From: Octopus sinensis
Lineage: Eukaryota
Assembly (NCBI RefSeq): GCF_006345805.1
Contig: NC_042999.1
Span: forward strand, 80,910,001 to 80,974,000
Reading direction: 5' to 3'
Length of the DNA: 64,000 nt
Shown here: positions 1 to 12,758 of the stretch, piece after piece
Numbering within the stretch: position 1 is the stretch's first letter
How the letters are laid out: every line of letters starts with the position of its first letter
Notes under the pieces: generated by a model
Told to the model about the DNA's origin: nothing
The model's input: the letters and a program-made list of their open reading frames with translations, nothing else
The model's database searches: none
Translations under genes and position numbers: made by a program

Positions 1-759
1 TATATATATATATATATATATATATATAAGCACGCATACTGAATACGCGTATTCGCTTTTTTTTCGGTTTTGTGTGTATATGTGTGATGTGTGTGGGAGG
101 GTTTCATTTTACCTTTTGCGTGAGTAGGTATGTACATCATCGATCTATAAGAATGTTTATAGCACGCAAATTTGTGATTCTCATAGGAAAGGCGAATCGC
201 AAGTGTACTTACGAGGGATAAAACGGAGTGGAAAAATTGCTGTTTAATAAAATTCAGGTTGTTTGATATTGTGTCGTTGCCTCAAACCATGGCCAAATAT
301 GTAAAGGACATTGATGAAAACTCTTTGGTATCGTTTCATCAATAAATAAGCTGATTTATTAAGTTTCACTCGTTTATCTTGTGGAATTTCGTATTTATTT
401 GTTTCAGTACCATTGATCAAGATGATATCGTCTTTCCTGAGATCCCCTCCTCATTTTATCATAGAAAACCTGCACACTCAAACGCATACACGTGCATGTA
501 TATACCAGAGTGAGTCACAAGTTTTTCATAGTTTCCCTGATGATTCTTTGATACTTATTTTTCCATGTTTTATCATTAATTTGATCCAATCTTTGCTAAA
601 TTATTTAATCTTTATTTTGATATATAACAAATAAAATTTTATTGTTTATTTCTTGTTTCATAACTTTGATAATGAGTGATGAAAATATTGTAATTAAAGT
701 CTTTTTATGCTACCAGCAGAAACAAAAGCACGGAGTGAAAGTGTATCAGCAAAATAAAT

Positions 760-1500
760 GAATAATATGGAAGGCACAGAAATTGTCAACGAACTCCTTC
801 ACGAGGATCCACTAATCGACATTTCCTTATGAACACACATTGTCGAGAAGTGCCTCATTCAACGACGTGTGACGATGTGGACAAATTACCATCAAATTCT
901 CGATATTCCCTTGTTTTATGACTGGAGATAAAAATTGTATCTAATTTCATCATCTTAAGTGAAAACAGTGGATTCAATCCTCTCAGACATCAGAACCTGT
1001 TGTCAAATAATGGCAGTTTGAACAGAATGTCAGGTTGTATGTCTGATAGAGTTTCGAGAGGTTGTTGTACTTTGAATTTGTCCTAGATTGTCATGCTCCG
1101 AAAGCTACTCTTGATGCTCAACAACTGGCGCAAACATATGATGCATTGAATGTCCACTACCCAGGATTGGTCAATCGAAAACCTGCACTTCTACAGTATG
1201 AGAATACCGCAGTACACACGCCGATGTGTCCAAGTACAAATGCAAAGAATTTGAGGGGATGGAATCGTCGTCTGCTCCAGCCCATAGCATAGATTTCTTA
1301 CCATAAAAATACCACCTTTTCCAAACCATGGTCCATTTCCTTCGTTGACGCTGGCTTAACAATGTGGATGAGGTTAAAAACGGGTGCAGGGACATATTTT
1401 CCGCGAAACAAAGCGAAACTGTATAAGCGGGGAATTGATGGCAACACTCAGTAGAATATAATGTGATATATTTCGGTGAATGAACGTTTTAGGCATGCAT
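760..1500 (+). mobile_element. Heavily decayed mariner (Tc1/mariner, DD34D-type) transposase remnant
   Basis: Stitched + frames read FMTGDK..., LLYFEFV..., YPGLVNRKPALLQYENTAVH and KYHLFQTMVHFLR*RWLNNVDEVKNGC, colinear with mariner motifs TGDEKW / LLQDNA.PH / DYHLF.SM.HFLRG. Many stops and frameshifts; ends not resolved. Confidence 0.75.
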
Positions 1501-2389
1501 CTTGATTGAACTACAATTGAAGGCTTGAAAGACAAAAAAAAATAATTCACTTAAATTGAAAAACATTTAGAGACATATGCATGTATGTGTGTGTATGCGT
1601 GCGCGCGTAAATGAAGTTTATAATTATATTGTAAATACGGGGGTACATTCACACTACATACCAAATATTTCATTCATGATTATCGAAATATAGAATTTTC
1701 ATCAACATAGAGATGTAATTTTAAAAAGTTCGCATTTGCTCATGTAATATCACCGATCCTTCTCATAATTGGTATGCGTAATTTTACACAGCCAAGCATC
1801 AGCAGAAACTGAAAATTTACAGATGACAATGAGATGACTTTCACATACTCATGGCTAGTGTACTATTGTAATTATCATTTGTTTTCATATCAATAGTATT
1901 TATTTTGTCTATGCACCAAAGTCAACTATCTTGTAAGCATTCAGATTAGCCTTGAATTCTAATATTATCAAGAACTCTATTTCATTCACACACTAGGGTG
2001 TCAACATTCTTCACGATCACAACCTCTTAATCCCCTGTTTAGAACATAAAAATGAAATTAAGCAACTGGATGAGTTAAATCCATTTTTGAGTGTGGGTGT
2101 ATACATGATATTTCATCTGTATAATGACAAATTTTCAGAATGGCTTTTTAAAGAGCCAATAAGATATGAAGTATTATTAATGTCAAGTACCAAATGTAGC
2201 AAAAAATATGAAGGATTTACGATCGTAAAATATTTTAAATATCACTCTCAATATAGAGATGATGTGAGAAATAATGATTAATTTTATAGAGACAATCACG
2301 TGAGCATAAACAATAATGCTCATACTGAGGGCGGATTTACATTCGTTTCGTCGTTCCTTATTCAACCAAATTTATTATCATATGTTTCA

Positions 2390-2409
2390 TGTGTATGTAT
2401 GCATGTATG

Positions 2410-2443
<34 letters not shown>

Positions 2444-2632
2444 TGTATGCATGCATGTATGTATGTGTGTATGTATGTGTGCGTGTGCACGAGTGTGTCC
2501 ATATGTATATGGATATGTGTATATATAAATGATACATGCGTTCCCCAGTGTGACTCACTCTTTCATACTCTCTCTCTCTCTCTCTCTCTTTTTATTTGTT
2601 TGCACGTGCGTGTATGTGTATGTATGTATGTA

Positions 2633-2663
<31 letters not shown>

Positions 2664-2935
2664 TATTTATATATATATGTATATATATATGCATACAATT
2701 ATACGTACAGACATACTTGAACGAACAGATTTTCACATTCAAATACATGTTTATGAAATATATGTTTTCTGTACGAGATTACGCGTCTTTCAAAGCGAGC
2801 AAATATAAAAAGAAACATGATTTTATCTCTCGGTTTCTTCCTTTCTTTTTTCTTCTTTCTTTCTTTCTTCTTTCTTTTTTCTTCTTTCTTTCTTTATTCT
2901 TTCCGCTCTCTTTCTCTCTCTCTCTCTCTCTCTCG

Positions 2936-2967
<32 letters not shown>

Positions 2968-2995
2968 GCATCATATATAGATATATATGTATGTA

Positions 2996-3044
<49 letters not shown>

Positions 3045-3370
3045 GTATATATGTATGTATATCAGTTCCGATTAACGTTGTTTATTTGCATAAATAATAT
3101 TATAGATAAGGATACATTATATATGCAAATACATACATACACCCACACACACACACACACACACAACACACACATATATATATATATATAATATATATAT
3201 ATATATAGTTATGTGTGTGTGTTGTATTTGTGTGTATATTTGTACAGACCTACACGTGTATTTATAAATATATATATATTTAAATGAATATTTAATATTA
3301 ATATATATATATATATATTTACGTTATGTGCGCTTGGATGTGTGTGTACTTATGTGTGTATGTGTGTGTA
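2390..3370. repeat. Compound microsatellite field (TATG)n, (CT)n, (TA)n, (CA)n
   Basis: Directly visible simple repeats. Confidence 0.95.
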
Positions 3371-3450
3371 TATAAACTGCTAATATTCAACAAATTCGTC
3401 GAAGCAATTATTAAGTTATCCTAAACAAAACAAATAAATGAAACAATATA

Positions 3451-3597
<147 letters not shown>

Positions 3598-3868
3598 ATG
3601 GACATTAAATCCTTGAAAGATCAAACATAAAACCGGCTAAATTGTTTGCTTATTGATAAGTGCTTGTTTTTTCCTAATATTTCACTGTAAAGTAATATTA
3701 TTTGATTATTAAAATGAATTATAATAGATATATTTGTATATATATATATTACTTCCATAAAAAATATCAAAATGTGTATTATATACATATATGTATATGT
3801 TTGTGTGTATATCTCTTTCTCTCTTTTTATGTATATATACATATACAAATATATAATATGCGTGGGGG

Positions 3869-3900
<32 letters not shown>

Positions 3901-4152
3901 GCACACATATATACATGAATACGTATATATATATATGCACACATATATACATGAATACGTATATATATATATGCACACATATATACATGAATACGTATAT
4001 ATATATATGCACACATATATACATGAATACGTATATATATATATGCACACATATATACATGAATACGTATATATATATATGCACACATATATACATGAAT
4101 ACGTATATATATATATGCACACATATATACATGAATACGTATATATATATAT
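3901..4152. repeat. 36-bp minisatellite, about 7 identical copies
   Basis: Unit gcacacatatatacatgaatacgtatatatatatat starts at 3901, 3937, 3973, 4009, 4045, 4081 and 4117. Confidence 0.95.
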
Positions 4153-4475
4153 GTATGTATACATGTATGCATGCATGTTTTAATGTGAAAGTTCGTATGT
4201 GAGTACGCACGCGTTTTCGATGGGGTGGTAGTCTGTATGTTCTTGTGTGTAGACATACGTGTACGTGTGAATGCATGGATATGTGTATGTTCATTTATAT
4301 ATTAACGGGTCTTTCTATCTATCTATCTATCTATCTAGTGCATATATATATATATATATACAAAGAGCAATAAAGATTCAAGTTAATTTAAATGAATTTA
4401 CTTGAATATGGTACCTAACTTAGATGCACCAAAAAAAAACTATACTGATTTAACAATACAGTAATGTGGGGTGAT

Positions 4476-5318
4476 TATAAGCGAGAAAGAAGCAACAAGA
4501 ATGGATAGGTTTTTAGTACGATCGTTTCATACAAGGACAGGTTTTATTAAAAGTTGCAAAGATTACAGCATATAAACGAGTCCCGTACTCATCAGCTAAA
4601 ATACATGTGAGTTCTCTAGACATCCTAGTGTTTGAGGCTATACTCATGAAGTAATGTAGATAAATAAGTAACATAAACAGATTTCTAAAGTTCATTAAAG
4701 TTCTTTAAAGATGATGTACAGTCTTATCACAGAATTTAAAAAAAGTTTTGATAGCATCACAGAGAAGGTGACCTAATCCATATGCATTTCCATAGATATG
4801 ATGAGGGATTATATACTCACAGAAGACAAATTTATCCATTGTTAATTACAACGAGGTGGGTCTCAATTCCTGCTTTTAGCATTATTAATTACAGAGAGGG
4901 TGAATTAATCCTGCTAATAAGCAGGAATTGAGACCCACCTCGTTGTAATTAACAATGGATAAATTTGTCTTCTGTGAGTATATAATCCCTCATCATATCT
5001 ATGGAAATGCATATGGATTAGGTCACCTTCTCTGTGATGCTATCAAAACTTTTTTAAAATTCTGTGATAAGACTGTACATCATCTTTAAAGAACTTTAAT
5101 GAACTTTAGAAATCTGTTTATGTTACTTATTTATCTACATTACTTCATGAGTATAGCCTCAAACACTAGGATGTCTAGAGAACTCACATGTATTTTAGCT
5201 GATGAGTACGGGACTCGTTTATATGCTGTAATCTTTGCAACTTTTAATAAAACCTGTCCTTGTATGAAACGATCGTACTAAAAACCTATCCATTCTTGTT
5301 GCTTCTTTCTCGCTTATA
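4476..5318. repeat. Long near-perfect inverted repeat (palindrome), arms about 400 bp
   Basis: 4476-4875 is the reverse complement of 4919-5318; I found one mismatch, in a T/A run. The same 60-aa ORF is reported on both strands. Imperfect hairpin tip at 4876-4917. Confidence 0.97.
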
Positions 5319-5789
5319 TATATAATATATATATAATATATATATATATTATATATATTTATATATATATGCATTATGTATGTATATGGTATATATGTAA
5401 ACACACACATATGAGTAATAGAAGCGTAAAAAAACTAATATTAAACCAAGTGAATGAATGAATATATATATATATGTGAATGAATTATTTTATTTATTCT
5501 TCCAGATGAAAAAATCGAATATATTTGCCATATTATCAATGAAATTGATCACTACTCATTCCCACACGCACTAATATCTTCATGTAAACGTCAAACAACA
5601 AGCATGCACACATACCATTAAATCGCACATCTGTTTGCACACACACCTACAATCACTCAAAAATATTCTTTTTAGAAATATAAGTGCACACACAGACATA
5701 TAAATATATACATTAATATGTATATAGTATATATATATATAATATATATATATATATAATATATATATATATATACATATATATATACA

Positions 5790-6183
5790 CTAGCAGTATC
5801 GCCCGGCGTTGCTCGGGTTTGTAAGGGAAATAACTATATAAGCATTTTTAGAGAGTTATAGCCAAAAAATAGCAAAAAAATGCATTAAAAATTGAAAAAA
5901 AATTAAGGTAAATTTTTTTGGAATCGTTGACACATCGTAGATATTTTGAGAGAGTTACTTCCCTTATATAAAAGCGAGAAAATGCATTAAAATGGAAAAA
6001 TATGATGGTACATTTTTTTTAAATCGTAGGCTCATCGTAGACTCACGCTAATACCCAGAAGGGCTCGATATGAATCACGACTATAAGATACCCGCTTTTG
6101 GTTAAACTGCACCGCAAAATGTGGGAGTAGTTAGGAATCTAAATCGTAGGAGACAGACACACAACTTCACTCTTATATAAAGA
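5790..6183 (-). mobile_element. Non-autonomous Helitron, 394 bp
   Basis: Minus strand begins 5'-TC (6183) and ends with hairpin cccgagcaacgccggg, 8 nt, then CTAG-3' (5790). Inserted between A and T with no TSD: canonical Helitron termini. Confidence 0.85.
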
Positions 6184-6559
6184 TGCTTTTTTTTTCAGTC
6201 ATAGAGTTAGATTTATGAAAGTCTTCAGTAGAAAATCCTTCGAATTCTGACTCGCTGCTTGATATAATGAAATTCGTATCCATTTTTTGTCAGAATTACA
6301 AATTTTGAAAACACAATAGGAACAAATTTCGGAAAAAAAATCTCCCATAATTCACGGAATTAAAATTACTTCGATTTTTGTACAAAACTGTAGTTGAAGT
6401 TTACGAAGTATAATACGTGTTTTCACGAATGTACTAAAGAGATTTGCTCTGATATTCTCATTTAAATATGAATAGGTAAATTCGGGCGGCTTGGTAACTA
6501 TATATAAGTGTCGTCTGTTTATACATAAACACTGTTTCATACTGCAATTATATATACAT

Positions 6560-7347
6560 ATATCTATATATAATTTATATAATAAAAATATACAGAGTAA
6601 AATAAAAACCAATTTACCTTTTCTGTCCGTCCGTGTGTCTTTGCAAATGTGTTGGAATGATAAGTGAGTTGAGTTTTGGCGCTTTTTACTAATAACAAAC
6701 ACACACGTGTTTGTAGTAGTGTATGTGTATGTAGTTGTATGTAGGTGTATATGTATGTGTATGCGTGTGTGTGAGGAATGACACACACACACTCACGCAC
6801 GCACACATGTACATCAATGCTTCGAGTGGAGTGATATGTTAAAATATTGAGTTTTCTCGAATTTTGTCTTAATTGGTGGTAAAATTGAAAGAAATTTTTT
6901 ATGGCATCACCCACTGAAGTACTCTGAAAAATCTTAGTTAAATTCTAATTGAAGAAATTGTGTGAGGAGTAAATGGTTATGTATTTATTTGTTTCTGTTT
7001 GCTGTGTTTTTTTTATTTTTTGAGTAGTGGTTAAAATACTTTCAGTTTAGTCTTCCTCAAATCACTCTGTCGCTATTTACTTTCATTTTATTCGTTGCAC
7101 ACTGTGTGTGTGCGTTTGCGAGTGGTGTAAACCAGACTAAGAAAAGCATGTGACACACACACCAGAATGTGAGTTTTCTGTAAATTTTGCTTAATTGGAG
7201 TTTAAATTTTAAAAACTGGACCTGGCATGACGCGATGCATTGTACTCTTAAAAATGCTAGGTAAATTGTAATTGAAGAAATCCTATATTGTAGATTTGTA
7301 TAACTCCCAAAGGGAGGCAGATAAAATCTGCCTTTTATAATAAGAGA
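6560..7347 (-). mobile_element. Probable Helitron-type non-autonomous element, 5' portion
   Basis: Minus strand starts A|TCTCTTATTATAAAAGGCAG, resembling the neighbouring Helitron 5' end. Contains a diverged ~110-bp internal direct repeat (6849-6960 vs 7171-7283). No CTAG/hairpin 3' end found. Confidence 0.4.
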
Positions 7348-7417
7348 TAAATATATATATATACGTACATTATATATATATATAAATGCATATAAATATG
7401 TATACCTATATATACGT

Positions 7418-7463
<46 letters not shown>

Positions 7464-7659
7464 GTGTGTATGTGTATGTGTGTGTGTGTGCGTGTATGCA
7501 TCAACTCTAAGTTAGTATCTCTTTTTATTTAGTATAATGTATATTTTCTTATTTTCCATTCGAAGTGGTATTTTATTCGCATATTATACCTTAAATACTG
7601 CTGATATTCACGTTTTAAATTCTAATTATTTCGGCGCATCTACAACCGACCCTGGTACA

Positions 7660-7694
<35 letters not shown>

Positions 7695-7899
7695 AAACAC
7701 TCATACGCACACACTCACACACAGTGTGTGTGTGTGTATATATTTTTATGTATGACCATATGATGAAACTAAATGCTTTGTAACAATATAAAACAGACAT
7801 ATAGAAGTATGAACTGATGACACTTGCAGTTAAACGATTCATTCTCTGATCGCATTTCGAAGAAAGAGCAATATGTATATGATATATTTTTTATACCGC

Positions 7900-8850
7900 A
7901 GAACAAAACGGTGATTTCGTAGCTGATCAACTAGTTAAACTCGACCTTGTTAATAACACAATTTTTATTCAGTAACATTATCTTGATATTCCGACGTCGA
8001 TGGTTTCATTCGCTGTATATTCTTTCTGGATCTGTTCAGGGAAATAAGTCAATGGAGTCGACGATTTAGGATAGTACGATTGGGTACTCATGGGATGGTA
8101 GCCAGTCAACAAACGTATAAGTAGAGTTCGTTTTCAGTCAAAGTATGCAAGACCCCCACCCTCCATCATTGTGAATTATGCAGTGATGTTGCTGATGTTG
8201 ATGGTAAAGCCGCATCTTATAACAGACGGACGTTTGCAGTCATCAACTGTCACGTGATGGGAAATATTTTCACATCAGCACATGGCGGCACGGGAAGAAA
8301 ATATGTAATAGGGTCACGGGGATCAACTAACGATAAAGGTGAGTAATGAAAACAGCTGATGCAGTCTTGTTTCAACACCGTCAAGTCCTATTTGCGCACA
8401 AAGCGATCAATATGTACATATAGCGATCCCTAATGTGAACACAAAACATGAAATTGAATACCTCTGCTTCACTGCGCGTTGGAAGGTCTATCAATATTTA
8501 TTGGAATAACGCTATCCAAAACAACTGAAACTAACCAGAAAGTGATTTAGCATAAGTCAGCTGTCTTAAGAAAGTGATATTACAACTTTGAATAAAGAGA
8601 CAAATGACGATTACGACTCTTGAGCCATGTGCTGTGAAGAAGCTAAAGTACATCGGAAGTGAAAGTTAAACCCGAAGAAAGGTTTTCAGTCACTGCAAGA
8701 ATTTCACAATGAAATATGGCAGTCAAATGTAGAAAATGTCAGCGACGTTAAGCCATACGCGGGACACGTCTTCATGCCAATGCTTATAAAAGAACTTCAA
8801 AGTACCTGGTAACATATGCTTACAACAAATAGTTAAGCAACTCAGCGGAA
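7900..8850 (+). mobile_element. Possible very decayed RTE-like LINE RT remnant
   Basis: Only weak fragmentary resemblance to RTE RT segments (e.g. IGYSWDGSQS); no intact motif. Confidence 0.25.
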
Positions 8851-9042
8851 ACTTGAAGTTGTAGCCAACACAAAATGATTAATACATACTTATCTACTAA
8901 CAGCGAGACTCCATCTCCGGGAAATATTTCATAATTTTTGTGAGTACTTTCTCTCTACTATGATGTTTCGTAACGTTACATATATCACGCTTTTACAGTC
9001 ATGTATCAAGGACTATACGAATGCATCATGGATTATAGTCTC

Positions 9043-9460
9043 TCTTTACTCTTTTACTTGTTTCATTTGACTGTGGTTATGCTGGAGCACCGCATTTAGT
9101 CGAGCAAATTGACCCCAGGACTTATTTTTTGTAAGCCTAGTACTTATTCTATCGGTCACTTTTACCGAAACGCTACGCTACGGGGACTTAAACACACCAG
9201 CATCGGTTGTCAAGCGATGTTGGTGAGACAAACACAGACACACAGACACATACACACACATAAATATATATATATATATATAAATATACATATATACGAC
9301 GGGCTTCTTTCAGTTTCCGTCTACTAAATCCACTCACAAGGATTTGGTCGGCCCGAGGCTATAGTAGAAGACGCCTACCCAAGGTGCTACGCAGTGGGAC
9401 TGAACCCAGAACCATGTGGTTGATGAGCAAGCTACTTACCACACAGCCACTCCTACGCCT
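9043..9460 (-). mobile_element. tRNA-derived SINE, family A (internal TA/CA microsatellite)
   Basis: Minus head ggcgtaggagtggctgtgtggtaagtagcttg...ggttcagtccc has A/B-box-like motifs. Same body and tail as copies at 16910-17345 and 63595-64000. 13-bp direct repeat gactatacgaatg at 9011-9023 and 9463-9475. Confidence 0.85.
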
Positions 9461-9936
9461 ACGACTATACGAATGTTGTTTCTCAAAGTTTATTTTCATT
9501 AATTTCTAATAGTAATTTGCTTCCCTTAGGTCAATCTTGAAGCACAGGGTATATTTATGAAATAATACATTAATGAAATAATACAAGAGGGATAAGAGTT
9601 ATTTAGAAATATTTTAAGGGTAGAAGTTCTCGTGATACAGGGTTATGGTCATATACTGCTTATCTTGTATGAAACCTGTCTTGGAACAATATCAACTCCA
9701 TGCTTTATGCATTTGTTATAATTTGGAGTCATGGAGAGACATTATCAACCCGGACAAGAGCTGACATGCAATTTTTGATAATAAAAGCATTATATTTTAC
9801 TATTTATAACTCCAGAACTTTGGAGCGGTAACCTCAAAACTAGTTGAAATTGAGCTACCCGAATAGTATGCTTATATGCAAGCATATATAGCCCACACAT
9901 ATATCTATGAGCATATAGTCACGTGTATTCATAGAT

Positions 9937-9996
<60 letters not shown>

Positions 9997-10064
9997 GTGT
10001 GTGTGTGTGTGTGTGTCTGTCTGTTCAAGAATATATGCGTGTGAGTGTGTGTTTATATATATAT

Positions 10065-10494
10065 ATATTAATAAAAGGAATTCCAACCTTGTCTGATTTT
10101 CACGTTTTATTTACAATCCTATGATGATATAATATAATATAATATAATATGACAAAATAAAATAAAATATTAGAATGTTAAATGTTAAATGTTCATTCTG
10201 ATTGAACTAGTACTTTCATGCATTAAATTATGCAATCTTCAGGTTCATGTAGTAGTGGTGACAGTCATGCTTCACAACTTTTGACTGTCAAAAATTGTGA
10301 AGCATGACTGTCACCACTACTACATGAACCTGAAGATTGCATAATTTAATGCATAAAAGTACTAGTCCAATCAGAATGAACATTTAACATTTTATTATTT
10401 TATTTTATTTTATTATATTATATTATATTATATCATTATAAGATTGTAAATAAACGTGAAGATCAGGCAAGGTTGGAATTCCTTTTATTGATAT
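10065..10494. repeat. Diverged long inverted repeat centred on 10286 (1-nt loop)
   Basis: 10181-10285 pairs with 10287-10391 and 10065-10140 pairs with about 10420-10494. Several transition mismatches and microsatellite length differences between arms. Confidence 0.95.
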
Positions 10495-10521
10495 TCTTCT
10501 ATACACAATCACACACACCCG

Positions 10522-10587
<66 letters not shown>

Positions 10588-10794
10588 GTATGTATGTATA
10601 TATCTGTATATATATCCTATCTATCTATCTGTCTATCTATCTATCTATCTATCTATCTCTATCTATCTATCTATCTATCTATCTATATCTATCTATCTAT
10701 ATATATATATATATTATATATATATATATATTATATATATATATATATAATATATATATATATATATTATATATATATATATACACATATATAT

Positions 10795-11107
10795 AGGTGC
10801 CTGAAGGCGTGTGGTTTATCGGTTGGGATATTCGGCTCACGATCATGAGTTCAATTCCTGGCGACGCGTTGTATCCTGAACAAGACACTTTATATTACGT
10901 TGCTCCAGTCCCCTCAGCTGGCAAAAATGAGTAATACGTGTATTTCAAAGAGTCAGCCTTGTCACACTCTATGTCACGCTGAATCTCCTTGAGAACTACG
11001 TTAAGTGGACACGTTTCCATAGAGTGCTCAACCAATTGCACGTAAATTCCATGAAAAGGCTATTCTGTTGATCGAATCACCTGAACCCTCGTCATCATAA
11101 TCGACGG
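10795..11107 (+). mobile_element. tRNA-derived SINE with CORE-like central segment
   Basis: Head gcgtgtggttt...gagttcaattcc followed by cctgaacaagacacttt...ctccagtcccctcagctggcaaaaatgagt, which resembles the CORE-type domain; family assignment unverified. Confidence 0.65.
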
Positions 11108-11124
11108 AGTATATATATATATAA

Positions 11125-11226
<102 letters not shown>

Positions 11227-11379
11227 ATATATTGTGTACACCTATACGCGTTGCACGGTCCCAGGATTTTCGGCTCGAAATAACGTGCATATATAATTTT
11301 TTCGGCATTGTGCCGAGTGACATTGTTGTGTTTACTCACCACGTTATTTAATTTATATTTTTGTGATAGCATATATGCT

Positions 11380-12030
11380 GTAGTGTGCGATTTTTTCATG
11401 GACATCAGCAAAGTACCAACGTGAAATTCTGCATTAAACGTGGGAAGTCTGCTTTAGGGACATTAAGCATGCTTCGGCAAGCTTGCGGTGACGATACAAT
11501 TGGCCATAATTAATGTTTCAAGTGTCAGAGGCCCTTCAAAATCGGAAGAAAGTCCCTGGAAGACGATGAGCAGTCTGGAAGACGATAAGTGTTTCGGAAG
11601 ATTTGCAATGTGAGTCATCCCCGGAAATGTGGTATTGTGCATCGGAAATTCGTTCCGGAAGGCCAGACCGTCAATCGAGAGTTCTACGATGACGTTTTGA
11701 ATCGTTTGAAGAAGGAAATTCGGCGAAAGCGACCAGATCTACAGCGAAGAATTGGTTTCTTCAAAGAGTTCTCCTCGCTGGTGAGTTCCCCGTCACGAAC
11801 AAAATGGTATCCGTTCTGCACCATATTCATCACTTGCGAGCTTTCATCTTTTCCTCATTATGAAAATGCAGCTCAAACTCAAAGGTTGTTTTAAAACATT
11901 GTCGGTATCCAGAGCCCCTCGCAGAATGTACTCGACTCGCTTACGGAAAACAGCTCTCAGTTTGGATTCTGAAGGCGACAGGAACGCTGAGACTGGTGAC
12001 TATTTCGGAAAAGATGTTATTAAATCTTAG
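11380..12030 (+). mobile_element. Internally deleted mariner remnant
   Basis: N-terminal NVKFCIKRGKSA...SLEDDEQSGR is joined directly to GIVHRKFVPEGQTVNREFYDDVLNRLKKEIRRKRPDL, both typical mariner segments. Confidence 0.8.
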
Positions 12031-12306
12031 TTATTAAACATAACTAGTCCAAAAACCTTTCGTACCAATATGTCTAAGAAAAGGAACTAGATATCTTCCT
12101 CTCCACAATACCGGATGAACAGTCCCACATGAGGAACAGACGAGGGCAGCGGAATCAAACTTATACACCAAATGGGCCAACAGCTGAGACAAAGACACAT
12201 ACAAGAATGGTAATGTGAAACACCCTAGACTGAGGAAATCAAAAAGACCACGGTGGTGCACCAGCATGACTGCGTCTGCGTCGCTGAAACGGGTAAAAGT
12301 ATAAAA

Positions 12307-12340
<34 letters not shown>

Positions 12341-12448
12341 CATTGAAATGAGATATGTGAAGAATTCAATCACTACTATAATCCACAACAAAGCACTTTC
12401 AGGACACTTGAACATTTAACATCCTACTTTATCATACCATTCCCGCAT

Positions 12449-12570
12449 TCTTCTTCTTCTCTTCTTCTTCTTCTTCTTCTTCTTCTTCTCTTCTTCTTCT
12501 TCTTCTTCTTCTTCTTCTTCTTCCTCTTCCTCTTCCTCCTCTTTTTCTTCGTCTTCTTTTTCTTCTTCTC
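12449..12570. repeat. (CTT)n microsatellite
   Basis: Directly visible. Confidence 0.95.
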
Positions 12571-12718
12571 CGCCAAGAATTCACGACGAACTCGAACCCA
12601 CAAGAGTAAACAAGAGAGACAGAGACAGGAAAATGCCCCTTGTCTTCGTATACAATGAAAATATTCTTCTAAAAGAACTTTTCATTTAATATTTCCAAGA
12701 TTTAATTGTTTTCCATTC

Positions 12719-12758
12719 TTAGAGTTGAAAAAGTCTCAATGACTGAAACCGGTGCTAA
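12719..12758 (+). ncRNA. Degenerate type I hammerhead-like motif (U3-A8 core, cleavage triplet GUG so probably inactive)
   Basis: ttgaaaa, stem II agtc/gact, gaaa, palindromic ccgg, then t-g; short stem I ttag/ctaa. Confidence 0.35.

Noticed and set aside
39-66. Hairpin gaatacgcgtattc followed by a T run, like an intrinsic terminator
   Set aside because: Eukaryotic context with no associated transcription unit; likely chance.
409-510. Possible exon (ttcag...gtgagt) encoding TIDQDDIVFPEIPSSFYHRKPAH
   Set aside because: No phase-compatible neighbouring exon found; it lies just upstream of a decayed mariner.
3901-4152. CRISPR-like 36-bp repeat length
   Set aside because: Units are head-to-tail with no spacers, there are no cas genes, and the context is eukaryotic.
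4513-5281. Identical 60-aa ORF on both strands, looking like a duplicated gene
   Set aside because: A consequence of the palindrome; no recognisable motif or splice context.
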